DNA of 59,202 nucleotides, filler included, from Sphacelaria rigidula (taxonomy: Eukaryota): the NCBI GenBank assembly GCA_964200075.2. It is 3 parts of 3 records of this genome, joined end to end, with 100 filler letters (N's around TTAATTAATTAA, not from the genome) between each part and the next. Parts side by side here need not be neighbours in the genome. Positions count along the whole stretch, not along the records: positions 39,543 to 59,202 come from CAXNAA020000633.1; 2 more parts are not named here. One strand, written 5' to 3'. This document shows, piece by piece, positions 39,543-51,049 of the stretch. Every line of letters starts with the position of its first letter. The first letter of the stretch is position 1. Below the pieces are notes generated by a model. It saw only the letters and a program-made list of their open reading frames with translations. It was not told the DNA's origin and made no database searches. Made by a program: the position numbers and the translations under genes.

Positions 39543-39796
39543 GCGGACATTCGGGGGGGAGATGGCTTCGCTCGGTCTTGAGTGTTTCGCGTCTTCCCTG
39601 CAAAAGAGAAATGCCACTTCAACCTCATTTTTTAGATGATCCCCATTTTCGAGAATCCACTGTTTTTATATATTACATCTTGCATTGTCCAGGTTGTGGA
39701 CAATTCACACAGGTGCGGTACAATATAAATAAAACGAATGAAAATGCTAATACTAAGGGAAAAGAATAACGAAGAAAGAAAAGAACTACTGCTAGC

Positions 39797-40048
39797 GAGC
39801 CATGCTACGATAGGGGAGGGGGGGTGTTCGATTCCACCAAAAAGTATGCTCACAGATGCGTCAAACGACCTGAAACACTCGCGATGGGCATCTATTTGGG
39901 TAAAGGAGGTGTGAAGCCCTATGAATGAGCGTTATTTATCGGGAGCAAGCTCATCTGAACATCTGTTGACTGCTTTCAACGGTGGTTGACGTGCAATTTC
40001 GTGAAAGCAAACGGCCCAGAATACCCCTCCTCTATCGTAGCATGACTC
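39797..40048. mobile_element. Sola2-like MITE
   Basis: GAG...CTC termini, ~25-bp TIRs, 4-bp TSD TAGC on both sides. Confidence 0.8.
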
Positions 40049-40384
40049 TAGCCCTCTAAGTTCCGATGTCATATGCGACCATTCGGGCTACCGGAGGCTA
40101 GGCCCATTGCCCCACTCAACACGCGAGGCCAAACATATAGTGAATCTAACATTCTTAGGGATATTTTGTACACAGATACAGAAGAAAAGTTATTACATGA
40201 TTGATTTTTTCTGTGGACATGCATATCGATTCACTCCTTGTAGTATACGTTTTTTCTATCGCTGAACGGCTCATGGCCAGGCTTGATCCGCAAGCCATGC
40301 CCCGTGTACCGTGCCGACATCGATGCTTCACCTATAACCTGCGACCTACGTTACACTAGTGGGCAGGATATCTCGACAGTTTGG

Positions 40385-40664
40385 CCCTCCGGAGGAGTAC
40401 TTGTGGTTTCCTACACAGAGGGATTAGACGCCTCCGGGGACTTGTTTTGCCTGTGGACGGCCGCTCATCTCTCCGGAGGCATTTTGCTACCCTCAAGTTC
40501 CTTCGGAGGGTTGCGCGACCCCTTCAAAGGGTAGTTCTCGGTATCCTCCAGAGGGACTAAAGGCCTCCAGAGACTTGTTTTGCCTCCGGAGACTTTTTTT
40601 GCCTCTGGAGACCTTGAATCCCTCTGGAGGTGTTTTTTGAGGGGTAGCCAAATGGCCACGTGTG
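40385..40664. mobile_element. partial copy of the CACAC-terminal MITE
   Basis: CCTCCGGAG-type subrepeats; ends AAATGGCCACGTGTG like 56856-56870. Confidence 0.6.
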
Positions 40665-41040
40665 ATGTTTACTGAACTCATCCTAGGAGGGATGGGCTGT
40701 GTCAACCTGTACCCTCACTTTGCACTCCTCTATTACGCCCATATCCAGCTACTACTTCGCCTTTTGCGGCTTCATGCATCTGCTCGTGATTAGCTTCAAC
40801 CCCACTTAACTTTTCCCTCAATCTGTCCTCTGTAGTGGTCATTTTCGTATTCGGGTCCATGGTCGGAATTCCCCTCTATCCTTATCTGTAAATGGTTACT
40901 CTTAATCACCGTCTGTTCTCGCTGCTGTTGACTCAATTATCGTCCTCGCAAAGATGGCTGTGCTTAATCTGAGAAGCTCTTTGCGCTGACGTAAATAAGC
41001 GAGCACTTATTAAATCTCAAGGAAAGACGTCACAAAGGGA

Positions 41041-41290
41041 GAGTCATCCTACGCTAGAGGGGGGAGTATTTGATTGCACGGAAAACGAGGCTCAAGAGTG
41101 TGTCAGACGACCTGTCACACTCGCGGTGCGCTTGTATTTGGTTCAAAACGGTGTCAATCGATATGAACGAGCGTTATATGTCTATAACAAGTTTGTTCGA
41201 GCAACCATTGCTTCTTTCAAAGACGATTTGACTTGGAATTTCGTGCAAGAAGTGGTCCAAAATACCCACCCCCCTATCGTAGGTTGACTC
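41041..41290. mobile_element. Sola2-like MITE
   Basis: GAGTCA...TGACTC termini, 4-bp TSD GGGA on both sides, homologous to 39797-40048. Confidence 0.82.
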
Positions 41291-43800
41291 GGGAATAGTT
41301 TATTCATTGTTGAGTTGTGCACTCATGCGATACTAACCGACCACTCCACACACACACCGTCCACCCGAAGCCCCGCTCAAGCTCTATACCAAAGGGAGAT
41401 GAACAACACGCGGCGCTTCATCAACATTTATACGCGATACATATGCCATCGTATGTATCATGACTACGGTTCACCGTGACGGGTACAATCTTTTGTTGCC
41501 GGGGTATACCGTTACGTGGTTATCTTGCCCTGTGACACACGATCCGACAGATAGTACACATGCACAAGGATCTAGTGTGGGCACACTCAAGTACAACCCG
41601 ACCGTGATCAAATAAACGTTACCGACTACTCATCGAGAAACATATATATCTTCAGTACAAATACGTGCACATGTACTCAGAGAACAGTTATTTTGGATCT
41701 GGGACATCTCTGCCATTTTGGGAATCAACCATTCACCACCACCTCCCCCTTATTCGCACATGGGTACTAATGTTCCTACTTTCAATCAACCATGAAAATA
41801 TTTAAACTCGAAAAAATGCATCGTCGAAACATGATGTCAAATTTGCATTTTTGACAACAGGTTTAAAGATGTTAGAGACCGAGACTCCCAGCAAGAAACA
41901 ATATTTCGTACCCGCAAATTCTTGTCACGAACTCACACCATCTACGTTCCAGTTGTCTTGTTTTTCAGTCAGATATGGATCGACAACACTACAGTAGTAC
42001 ACGCACTGCAGCCAATGCATTAGTACCCAAAACGACTGGTTTCTCCGACATGGAACCGGGAAGAAAATTGCACTTGAAACGCGAGCAACACGAGTGGGTA
42101 ACCACATGATTAATCGCACTAGATGGGCAGCATCAGTACACCTCATACGTGAGCACATACCTGCAACGGATAGCCATGAAAAGTTATTCCACAAGATGGG
42201 GGAACATCAAAGCGTTATGAGGAAAATATCTGTCTGAACGTACCCAAAGATATTGATGAAGATTTTACGTTGTAACAGTATTGAACAAAATAACGGACCG
42301 ACCGGACGGTTTCAAGCCACGCTTGTTTAACCGTGAAGTTTCAGATAAACATACTAGCTAGACCAGCCTGGGATTTAACAGGCGATCCTGAAACCTGGGA
42401 ACGGATTTTTCGATGGGAATGAACTGACGTCTAAGTTGTACAAGATATTGAGCCTGGTACTTGCCTTACGTGCTTTGAAGGCGACCTTTTGTACTAACTT
42501 CAAAACCATCGGATGCCCTTTCGATATCTGCTCGTTCCCAGTGGAAAATCTCGTTCCCGTTTCTCGGGGACGTCTGTTATCTGTTGGCTGCAGGCAAATT
42601 ATCATTTCAATTTCGAGAGTTGCAATGTAAAACTTCGGTACGGAGAACCGGTAGGGTAAACTGAAGAAGTATTTCTATGCCTTGAGATGTTTCCGTGAGT
42701 TTCGGGGCAGAACAGAAGATTCACTTTTCACCAAAACGTCCCTAACTTGGGAATAAAATTTCAAGGCATGGAAACTACTTTTTGTGGTTCACCATACCGA
42801 TTCTCGATGATAAAATCTCTAACTGCGACTCTCAAAATTGAGTAAAAAATCCCAGAGTTCGAGCCAGCTTACAAACGGTGCTGTATGCCGCAGGCCTGGC
42901 CCAGCTCGTAGCTCAAGTACTGGAACATATAACGTGGCAACCAACTGGAGTTCGAACCCATCAGTGGTACAGTATTGCTCGAAGAAAGACGCCCGAAACA
43001 GAGAACTCGTTTTCGGAGACAAAAGGTTGGCCACTGCCACTCAACAGATACCCTGTTCGCGCCGTCGAAGAGTGGGCGGCGCGTACGGGTACGCGACGTG
43101 GACTTAGAGTGAAGTCGGTAAGCTTAAGCTTTGCAAAGGCAAGGAGGGCTTAGCAAAGACTGGAGTCACAGACGGTGGTGCCGGGTACAGCACCCGCGGT
43201 GAGGTTATTTTCATTACACAAGAACGTTTTACACATTTTGTACTGCTCCTATTTCGCCGTCTGTGGGAACCATCTGCTTCCTAGTATAGTTATCGTTCTC
43301 TCGCCACTATATTAAATAAGAAACGATGGAACACGACGATAGCCCCGACTGGGGATTCGAGAATGACAAGTCACAGGTTTGACAGGTTTAAAAAGGCTGG
43401 GATTAGGGGCCGGGTCTACGAACCGTGTCCCGAGTAAGCGGGTTGGGTCATACAAACCGAGTTTTCACATAGTATGCCCTTAATTAAATTCGTGCCCAAA
43501 GCACGCACGACGGCCTCAAATAGTTTCTGCACTGGCGTGTCACGTATAATAGTTTATAGCTGAATTGGGGGAGTTCTATAGCCTTTTCGTAGTCGACGAT
43601 TTTCATTTTTTTCGTGTGCCACCCGTAATCCCAGTGAACGTCTGATACCGAATTTGGGGATCGGGACAAGCTGGCACCCACACCACATACCGAAAGAAAA
43701 TTCATAACTGCTCTCGATATTGAACGAGTGAAGTGTTGAATTGACAGGGAGTCTTCTTGACCGTTTTGTAAAAAACTCATTTGAAAATAGGGAAAGTGTT

Positions 43801-44245
43801 ACAGATTTATTGCTCATTTTCCAGCCGACTAGGTTCCATGTGTCATACTTTGTCATGCTTTGTACCTGATGGGTCATACTACATTTTGTGGTAGATTTGA
43901 ATTGTCTCTCGTCGGGTGTCACAGCGTTTTGGACTATGCATCTCAACTAGCAAAGCACCAGTTAGCCTGTACGCCAATAATATAAGAACATATATGCCAT
44001 CACAGTCTGCGATCTCAGAGGATTCTCTGGTCTTCACTAAATGTAAGCCTGAACTCCATGTAACATATGTTGTGCTGCCTCCGGCGATCACGGCGTGCCC
44101 CCTGACCACTGGGGCGGTGGCTGACTCTACACTTCTTGGTAACGTCGAGCTCAAATGGATTCGATGCTAATGATTGTGTTTGGGGCCCGCTAGGCTGGTG
44201 CCCACTGAACTGGCACCACTTCCACCAATGCGGTGAGTATCGAAC
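43801..44245. repeat. 445-bp direct repeat, copy 1
   Basis: Near-identical to 50085-50529. Confidence 0.92.
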
Positions 44246-44889
44246 AATCACATGGTGTCCAACCGTGCTTGTGTAGAGTCAACTCCGGCATGATCCTCAA
44301 AGAGGTAGCATGCGCCTCCGTAAAAAAGGGTTTGTGGGGAGGTTTGAGGTTTCATTTTGTCGCGTCACTCGATTTATATATGGTGAATAATGTGCTTTGC
44401 ACAAATGTGAGAAAATCCACACTGCAACATAAGTCCTCCATCCCACGAGTACGAAACAACACAACCGCGCTGCTTCACAGTTGCGTGCCCTCATTGGTTT
44501 CAATAGCAAACACAACTGTACCAAGGTATACTTGTACTCTTTTTTCGGATTGTCTCAATCACAATTACGCGGAACAGTAAAGAGTAAGCATGGACTATTT
44601 GTCGTCCTGTCTGTGCGTGGTACGGCGTTGTTTCCCGCCGCATTGCACTGCGTTGCATACAACCCAAGCAGAGCGCCACCAACGGCTTTATGCACGAGTT
44701 CATCCAGGATTGTTCATCAGCACGCCATTGTAGGCGTCCAAAGCGGAAGTGAAATAACCTAGCCAATACAATTGATAAAAGGCAATGAGGTCGAAAGAGA
44801 TTGTACGAGTTCAACGAACCAGAGGGTCTACAAATACTTCTGGGCGTTTTGGGACATCAAGTTCCAGACAGCTGCGGAAGCTGTGCAGC

Positions 44890-45825
44890 CACGTTGTTGT
44901 CATCCGCTGTTGTGGTTGTTCGTTGTTTGTTTGTTGCGGTTTTCGTTGCTCTCTTTTGTCTCTGTTATTGCGCTGCTGTTACCGTTTGTCGCGTTTGCTA
45001 TCGGCTGTTGTTGTTGTTGTTGTTGCTAGTGGCGTTGCTTCTGCCTGTTATCGTCTGCTGTCGTTGCGGCCGCTGCGGTTGCTGCTGCTGCTGGGTTGCT
45101 GTCGCCTTTGTTGCTACCATCAACTTTGCTGTTGCAGTTGCTGCGGCTGTTTCCGCTGTGCTGTCAATTACCCTGCTTTGCGGTTACTGTTCCGCCTAAA
45201 AACAACACAGTTTTGTTTTGCTGCTCTGCGGTTACTGTCCCGCCTGAGGCGTTGCGATTTTTTTTACTACCCATGGGTAGTTGTACCGTGCTGGCTATCG
45301 CATTGCCTGATTAGCCCTTATGTGCGCGTAATACCTCCTACACCTGCATGTTGGAAGTCACGAGTAGTTTCCTACTCTGCTTCTTGTACTGTGCCCCACT
45401 TTGACCCCATGAGCTTTTACAGATAAACGATTGTCATTACCATATGTGCCTCAATTGTGACGACCGAGGTCCCCACGTAACTGTTCCCCTGAAAGGCACC
45501 TCTTCGTGGTGATGAGACGTTGTTCGCCGTTGTGGCCTACCCGCACACTCAAGTGGCTTCCCCTGCATCGCGTCACCATCATCCCTTTTGGTCGGGATCT
45601 CACCTGTTACTAGTTGTGTGTATGGGTTGGCCGGGAATTTAGAAATTCGTTTTGAACCCGCTGCTGCCCGTACTGTTCATTACTGTGGTTGCTTCGATTA
45701 ACGACAGCACCTTTGATGACCAACCTTTTTAGGACCGATCCTCCTCTCCCGGAAGTCGCTGCCGTGCTACTGCTGTGTGCTGTTGGTTGTTGCCGCTGTG
45801 TGCCGCTGTGTGTTGTTGTTGTTGC

Positions 45826-45868
<43 letters not shown>

Positions 45869-46030
45869 GCTGCTGCTGCTGTTGCTGTTTGTTGTTTGTT
45901 GTCTATCATTACCGTTACTATTGTTGTTGTGGTTGTCTGTTGTTGCTGCTGCTGCTGCTGCTGCTCTTTCCACCGTGCTTTCTGCTACCCTGGTTTGCTG
46001 TTGTTGTCCCGCTTGTTGTGTTGCTTTTAC
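44890..46030. repeat. (GTT)n/(GCT)n low-complexity tracts
   Basis: Tracts at ~44890-45250 and ~45760-46030; pure run at ~45811-45890. Confidence 0.85.
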
Positions 46031-47569
46031 CTCTACCGCCTACTGTCGGCTGTACTTTTCTCGCTTGCTATCGCATCGCATGTTGTCATGTCCACGCGTG
46101 TTTCCCGCCCTCATGTTCTTTTTGAACCTTGCTTCGATCTGATCGCACAGGCTTTGCTTTGTCATTGTCGCCTGCATTGTATCACCCTCGCCTGACCTAC
46201 ACCTGTTCAGCCATAACATCATCGCTGTACCTAACCAGCAATGATCGTGTTCTAGGCATTCTCCATATTATTTCGGTAGTTTTGTTGCATATTGAATTGG
46301 AAATCAACCCACCATGATCAGCATGTAACCCACCATGATCAGTATGTATTTTGCACTCTTTTATTGTCGCCATGGGGATTTGTGAAATGCACGTGCGGTA
46401 AAGCTTCAAATTTTTTCGGTCTCGATTGATTTTCTTTTATAATACATTCCAACATTTTCTGCATTTTCGGGTGTCGTGTCTACCATACCTTTCTTCTGAG
46501 CAACTCGATTGTATTGCGTGTTTTATAATTTTGCGCCGCCGTGGTCTTGCTCTGTAGAGCTGCACGATTTTTCATCTCATGTTTTGGGTAATGTTGGTTT
46601 GTGTTTGGCGATCGTGATGTTTTTCTTTTGACCTTGCGGGGTGTAGGCGATCTGCAGGGCCTTGTCTTTTGCGCTGCCTGTACTCATCATGCTTGAGCAG
46701 GATTCCGCTTGAAATGTTCCATCTATCTGGTTCGCAAGGCCGAAACGCCGAATTTATCGCCCGGCACACGAAATTTCGATCTGCGTCACGTGGTATAAAA
46801 CCGAGCCATATGTTCACGGACTCCAAGACTTTCAACGCATACTAACCGCGCCCTCTATTACTTCCCCCCTTGTTTCACCTACACTCTTGCCTTGGGTGTG
46901 TCGAATTCCGATGAGGGCACCGGCGCTGAACGTGATTGCTTTGGGGAGGACACGCAGGAAACACTGGACGGTCTGCTAATGACGGAAACACTAAACGATT
47001 TGCTCATGACGGTATGTTCCGGCGTGGAGTATCAGCAATCTGGCTTGGTATAGCTAATCCCGTCTACCATTTTATAGGATTCTGGTGGCATGGCTCTGGT
47101 GATCGATTGTATGGTTTGCTATTCAACAGGTTGACTTCTTGACGCACCCTGACCGTAGTTGACTACTATCTTGTCCCTTTCTGATACCGTAGTTGGATAC
47201 TACTTCGTTCAGGTGCTTTAAACTTGGCCTTCGATACCATACAACCACAAATATTTCCGTGCAATGTCTTGTCATTACTTATGCAGTACGCAGACTTAGT
47301 TTCCCTGCTTTATCTTTTTGCCCTTCATGCCCAGCGTACCATGCAAGGTGACTGCGCGACTATATACCATGTCTTCGATAGTTCTTACAGACCCTACATA
47401 TGATTTTCAGACACTCATTCCGCTGATGCGGTCGCTGAACACCCTTGGGGGAGGGCGAAGCACGAGTTCCATATGTTTTGCTGGTTGTTGTCTCGCGTGC
47501 TCACCCTTTGCCACAAAACAACGCGGCCTCCCACCATAAGAACGCCGCATGATCAGAAAGGAAATGTAC

Positions 47570-47882
47570 AGGCTTCTTGACCGAGGTGTTGCTCACCCAA
47601 CTTTCCCCGGCAAAGTTTGTCGACTACACGATTATATGTTTGGTAAAATTGGCCAAATTGGCCAAATATATCTTTACTGCAGGGTTTCACAGCTTCTTCA
47701 GCCTGTTAATCGATAATACCGGCATACAACCAGCCCCCTCCAAACGCAACGCAATTGCTCAGACGTCACGTCCATGCAGTCGAAAAATTACGTTCGTTTC
47801 TAAACCCACCGGGTACCTTGGACAGTTTGTCCAGGAGCGTAGCATTCTAGTCGCCCCGCTGACCGATATTCTATATAAGTAG
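47570..47882 (+). mobile_element. old Gypsy RT/connection fragment
   Basis: Encodes GIQPAPSKRNAI...TGYLGQFV...VAPLTDIL. Confidence 0.6.
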
Positions 47883-48524
47883 GAAAAGTAACCGTATTAC
47901 TGCACGATGTAGGTAAACGTGCGCTCTCCTTTTGCTGTCAAACTCATGTGCCGTACAACTGCAGCAAGACTTCACCACTTGTCATTTCCGTGCTTTGCCT
48001 CCTTATATTTGGTACAACGTACCTCATTATTATATTGTTATTCAGCATGCGTTGTCTAATTTTATTTTCTCCATGATTGTGTCTACAGTTTCACAGGTTT
48101 CGAGAACCTAGGGGGGGGCTGCTGAAAAGGTTGCAGAATTGTACAAATCTTGGCCCCAGAGAAAGTACGTTTTCACGCACACTCTTGCGCAATCGTACCC
48201 TACCCGACGACCCGACGCCATGCTACCGTCTGACATGTTTCCCTTGGAGCTCTGGACTGGCCGTAAACAGTACACACGTACCACCCCTGTCTCAGTAGCA
48301 GGAAGTTCCTTTCATATTCGCACACCCCATCCGAAACACCTCATACCCGAAGTGTTTGCGTCCCACCTTGAGGGGGACCAAACTGGAACGCCACACCCAC
48401 ATTCCACCTGACCCCTGAATTTGTCCCCGTGTTGGACTGTATTGCCTGTATCTGTCATCATGTTGGATTGTCGAGAACTCTACGTTGTTTCAGGCACTGA
48501 CGGGTGGGGAAAAGGGAAAGACCT

Positions 48525-49135
48525 CAAAAGGGGGGAGGGCGTACTTATTTGCTTCGAGCATCCAAGTAATTTCCCTAGCTGCTGTAATCTGCACTGTTCC
48601 CAACTCCTTCACCAAAAGGGAGGGCGTACTCATTTGTTTCGAACATCCAAGTAATTCCCCTAGCTGCTGTCATCTGTACTGTTCCCAACTCCTTCACCAA
48701 CTTTACTGCATCCAAGTATTCTCTGAGCTGTTCCAATCTGTACTGTTCCCAACTTGTTCACTAATTTTATTTGCATCTAAATATTCTTTTACCAGCTGCC
48801 ATTTGCACCGTTTCCGCATCAAAGTATTATTTTAGCTACTGCCAGCTGCACTGCTTCCGATTTCGTCAGCAAATTTACCCCTTGCTTTGCAATGTCTAAC
48901 GCTAGTATCAGGTCATCAAAGAATACCTGGAGTAGAGAGGGTGATAACGTACATCTTGGTGCGACTCCTTGCAAAATGTCGAAATATTTCGATATTTCCC
49001 TGTCTAGCATCATCGCACTTTTGGCACATTTCTGTCGTCTTCATCGTCCACACCTTTCCTTTGATCACAGTTCCCCATGTACTTTCCCACAGCCCATTGC
49101 CCCATACTGCGTCATGAGCCTTTTGCACCTGTATC
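48525..49135 (-). mobile_element. rearranged LINE: RT fragment, tandemly amplified ORF2 segment, 3' tail
   Basis: RT motifs VQKAHDAVWGNGLW and QGVAPRCTLSPSLLQVFFDDL. Repeats of GCATCCAAGTA-containing units at 48558-48830. Confidence 0.72.
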
Positions 49136-50084
49136 CCCCCACAGTTTCTTCGACCCCGCCATCGCACTCGAAGCACCCCGCTTCCCCACGTAGTGATGCC
49201 TTGAAGCTTTTGCCCATAGGTGCTACCTCCTGGAAAGGCTATAGCAGTGCCGAACTAAAGCACCACGTGTATGATCATGAGAATTTCTTTCGGCGAGTAC
49301 GATACGAAGATGGAGACTGGAAAGAGCTATCTCGCCGGGAACTCGGGCACCCCAAGCTGGAACGGAGGAACGAAAGAGGGACTGGAGCCATGGACGTTTA
49401 CGAATAGCTGTTGTGTGATGTGGTATATGATATAAGTGCGAGAGGAATGCGGTGAAGAAATAAGGGAATGAGTAACTATATATCGCTGCTACCGTACGCT
49501 TCAGTCATGAATTTCGAGTGTTGTTGTCCTTTTTTTTGTCACTTTGTTATTGATTGCTCCCCATTTGGTAACATACGAGCACATGTGTGAGCCAAGGCGC
49601 GTGGGCTCTATTTCTAGGAAAATAGGTGCCAGTAGTTACAGAAGAGCACCCCGCAAAAGCTGCACTCCTGTAACTATTGGTCCATTCGTGAAAATGTTGT
49701 TTTCAGCGAGGTTCAAGCCCCGCACTACCCCAGAATCCAGTGTAACTGATCCGGGGTATCGACGCGCGATCAAGCTCACTAGCCGATCGTTCTCAAGTCT
49801 AACTGAGATCCCGGGAAAACGACAGCGACCGTACTTGTCTGCTGTTTCTGTCGTTGGAAAGGGCGTTATAGATTTTTACCTTCCCTAACGGATAGACTTT
49901 TCCCTTGCTCATCAGGGTTTACCCATTCATTAGATCTGCGACGAGTTTTCCTCTGTACTGTATTTCAGCAGGTTTTTCTCGTTTTACTTTCAGGCGTATG
50001 ATGCACAGGCTTATTTTTGTTCTGGCCCTTCCAGCCCTCCAATAAATTTGTGTTTAGCTGTATAAATACGGCTGGGGGGATTTC

Positions 50085-50529
50085 ACAGGTTTATTGCTCA
50101 TTTTCCAGCCGACTAGGTTCCATGTGTCATACTTTGTCATGCTTTGTACCTGATGGGTCATACTACATTTTGTGGTAGATTTGAATTGTCTCCCGTCGGG
50201 TGTCACAGCGTTTTGGACTATGCATCTCAACTAGTAAAGCACCAGTTAGCCTGTACGCCAATAATACAAGAGCATCTATGCTATCACGGTCTGCGATCTC
50301 AGAGGATTCTCTGGTCTTCACTAAATGTAAGCCTGAACTCCATGCAACATATGTTGTGCTGCCTCCGGCGATCACGGCGTGCCCCCTGACCACTGGGGCG
50401 GTGGCTGACTCTACACTTCTTGGTAACGTCGAGCTCAAATGGATTCGATGCTAATGATTGTGTTTGGGGCCCGCTAGGCTGGTGCCCACTGAACTGGCAC
50501 CACTTCCACCAATGCGGTGAGTATCGAAC
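50085..50529. repeat. 445-bp direct repeat, copy 2
   Basis: Near-identical to 43801-44245. Confidence 0.92.
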
Positions 50530-50865
50530 CACGACAAAACCTCGGGCCGAAATGCTTTCAGAAACCATGACTCCCTTTTTTCATATTTTTCGATGTGCAA
50601 CTAACTCCATAACGTTATATTTCCAATATACTTCACTACCACGTCGTAAGGATCTCCGTTGGGGATATGTGGTCTGCATCCTACAACCGATAATCGACTT
50701 TACTTTGGAGACAAAGAAAATATGTATACCGCGGGTGGAAGTACATGAATGCCTCTAGCAGATGCGGGCAACTCGCACGCCTTACTTTCCTTGTCATCAA
50801 GAACAGCTTAATGTGCCTGATGTGTATCATCAAGGCGACAGGCCCTCCAGCCAAACCGGCGTCTC

Positions 50866-51049
50866 TCAACCCGGCAGCTCTTTATCCGAGCACTGGATTG
50901 GACTGCGAGAACTACGAGCGTGGAAGCTCATCTTGAACGGTGCGCCTCGGATGTCACGTTTGTTTCTTTCACGGCACGCATTATCTTGATAAGTCTTGAA
51001 CAATTGAGATCGTAGGAATGCGGGCGCCAAGTTCTGGGCAAGCATGAGC
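50866..51049 (-). CDS. RGS gene terminal exon
   Basis: tacag/G CTC ATG; encodes LMLAQNLAPAFLRSQLFKTY; stop at 50866. Confidence 0.82.

Noticed and set aside
41308..41642. solo LTR (TGTT...AACA with AATAAA)
   Set aside because: No matching TSD and no second copy in the window.
44772..46195. Cys/Leu/Val-rich ORFs
   Set aside because: They are products of GTT/GCT microsatellites.
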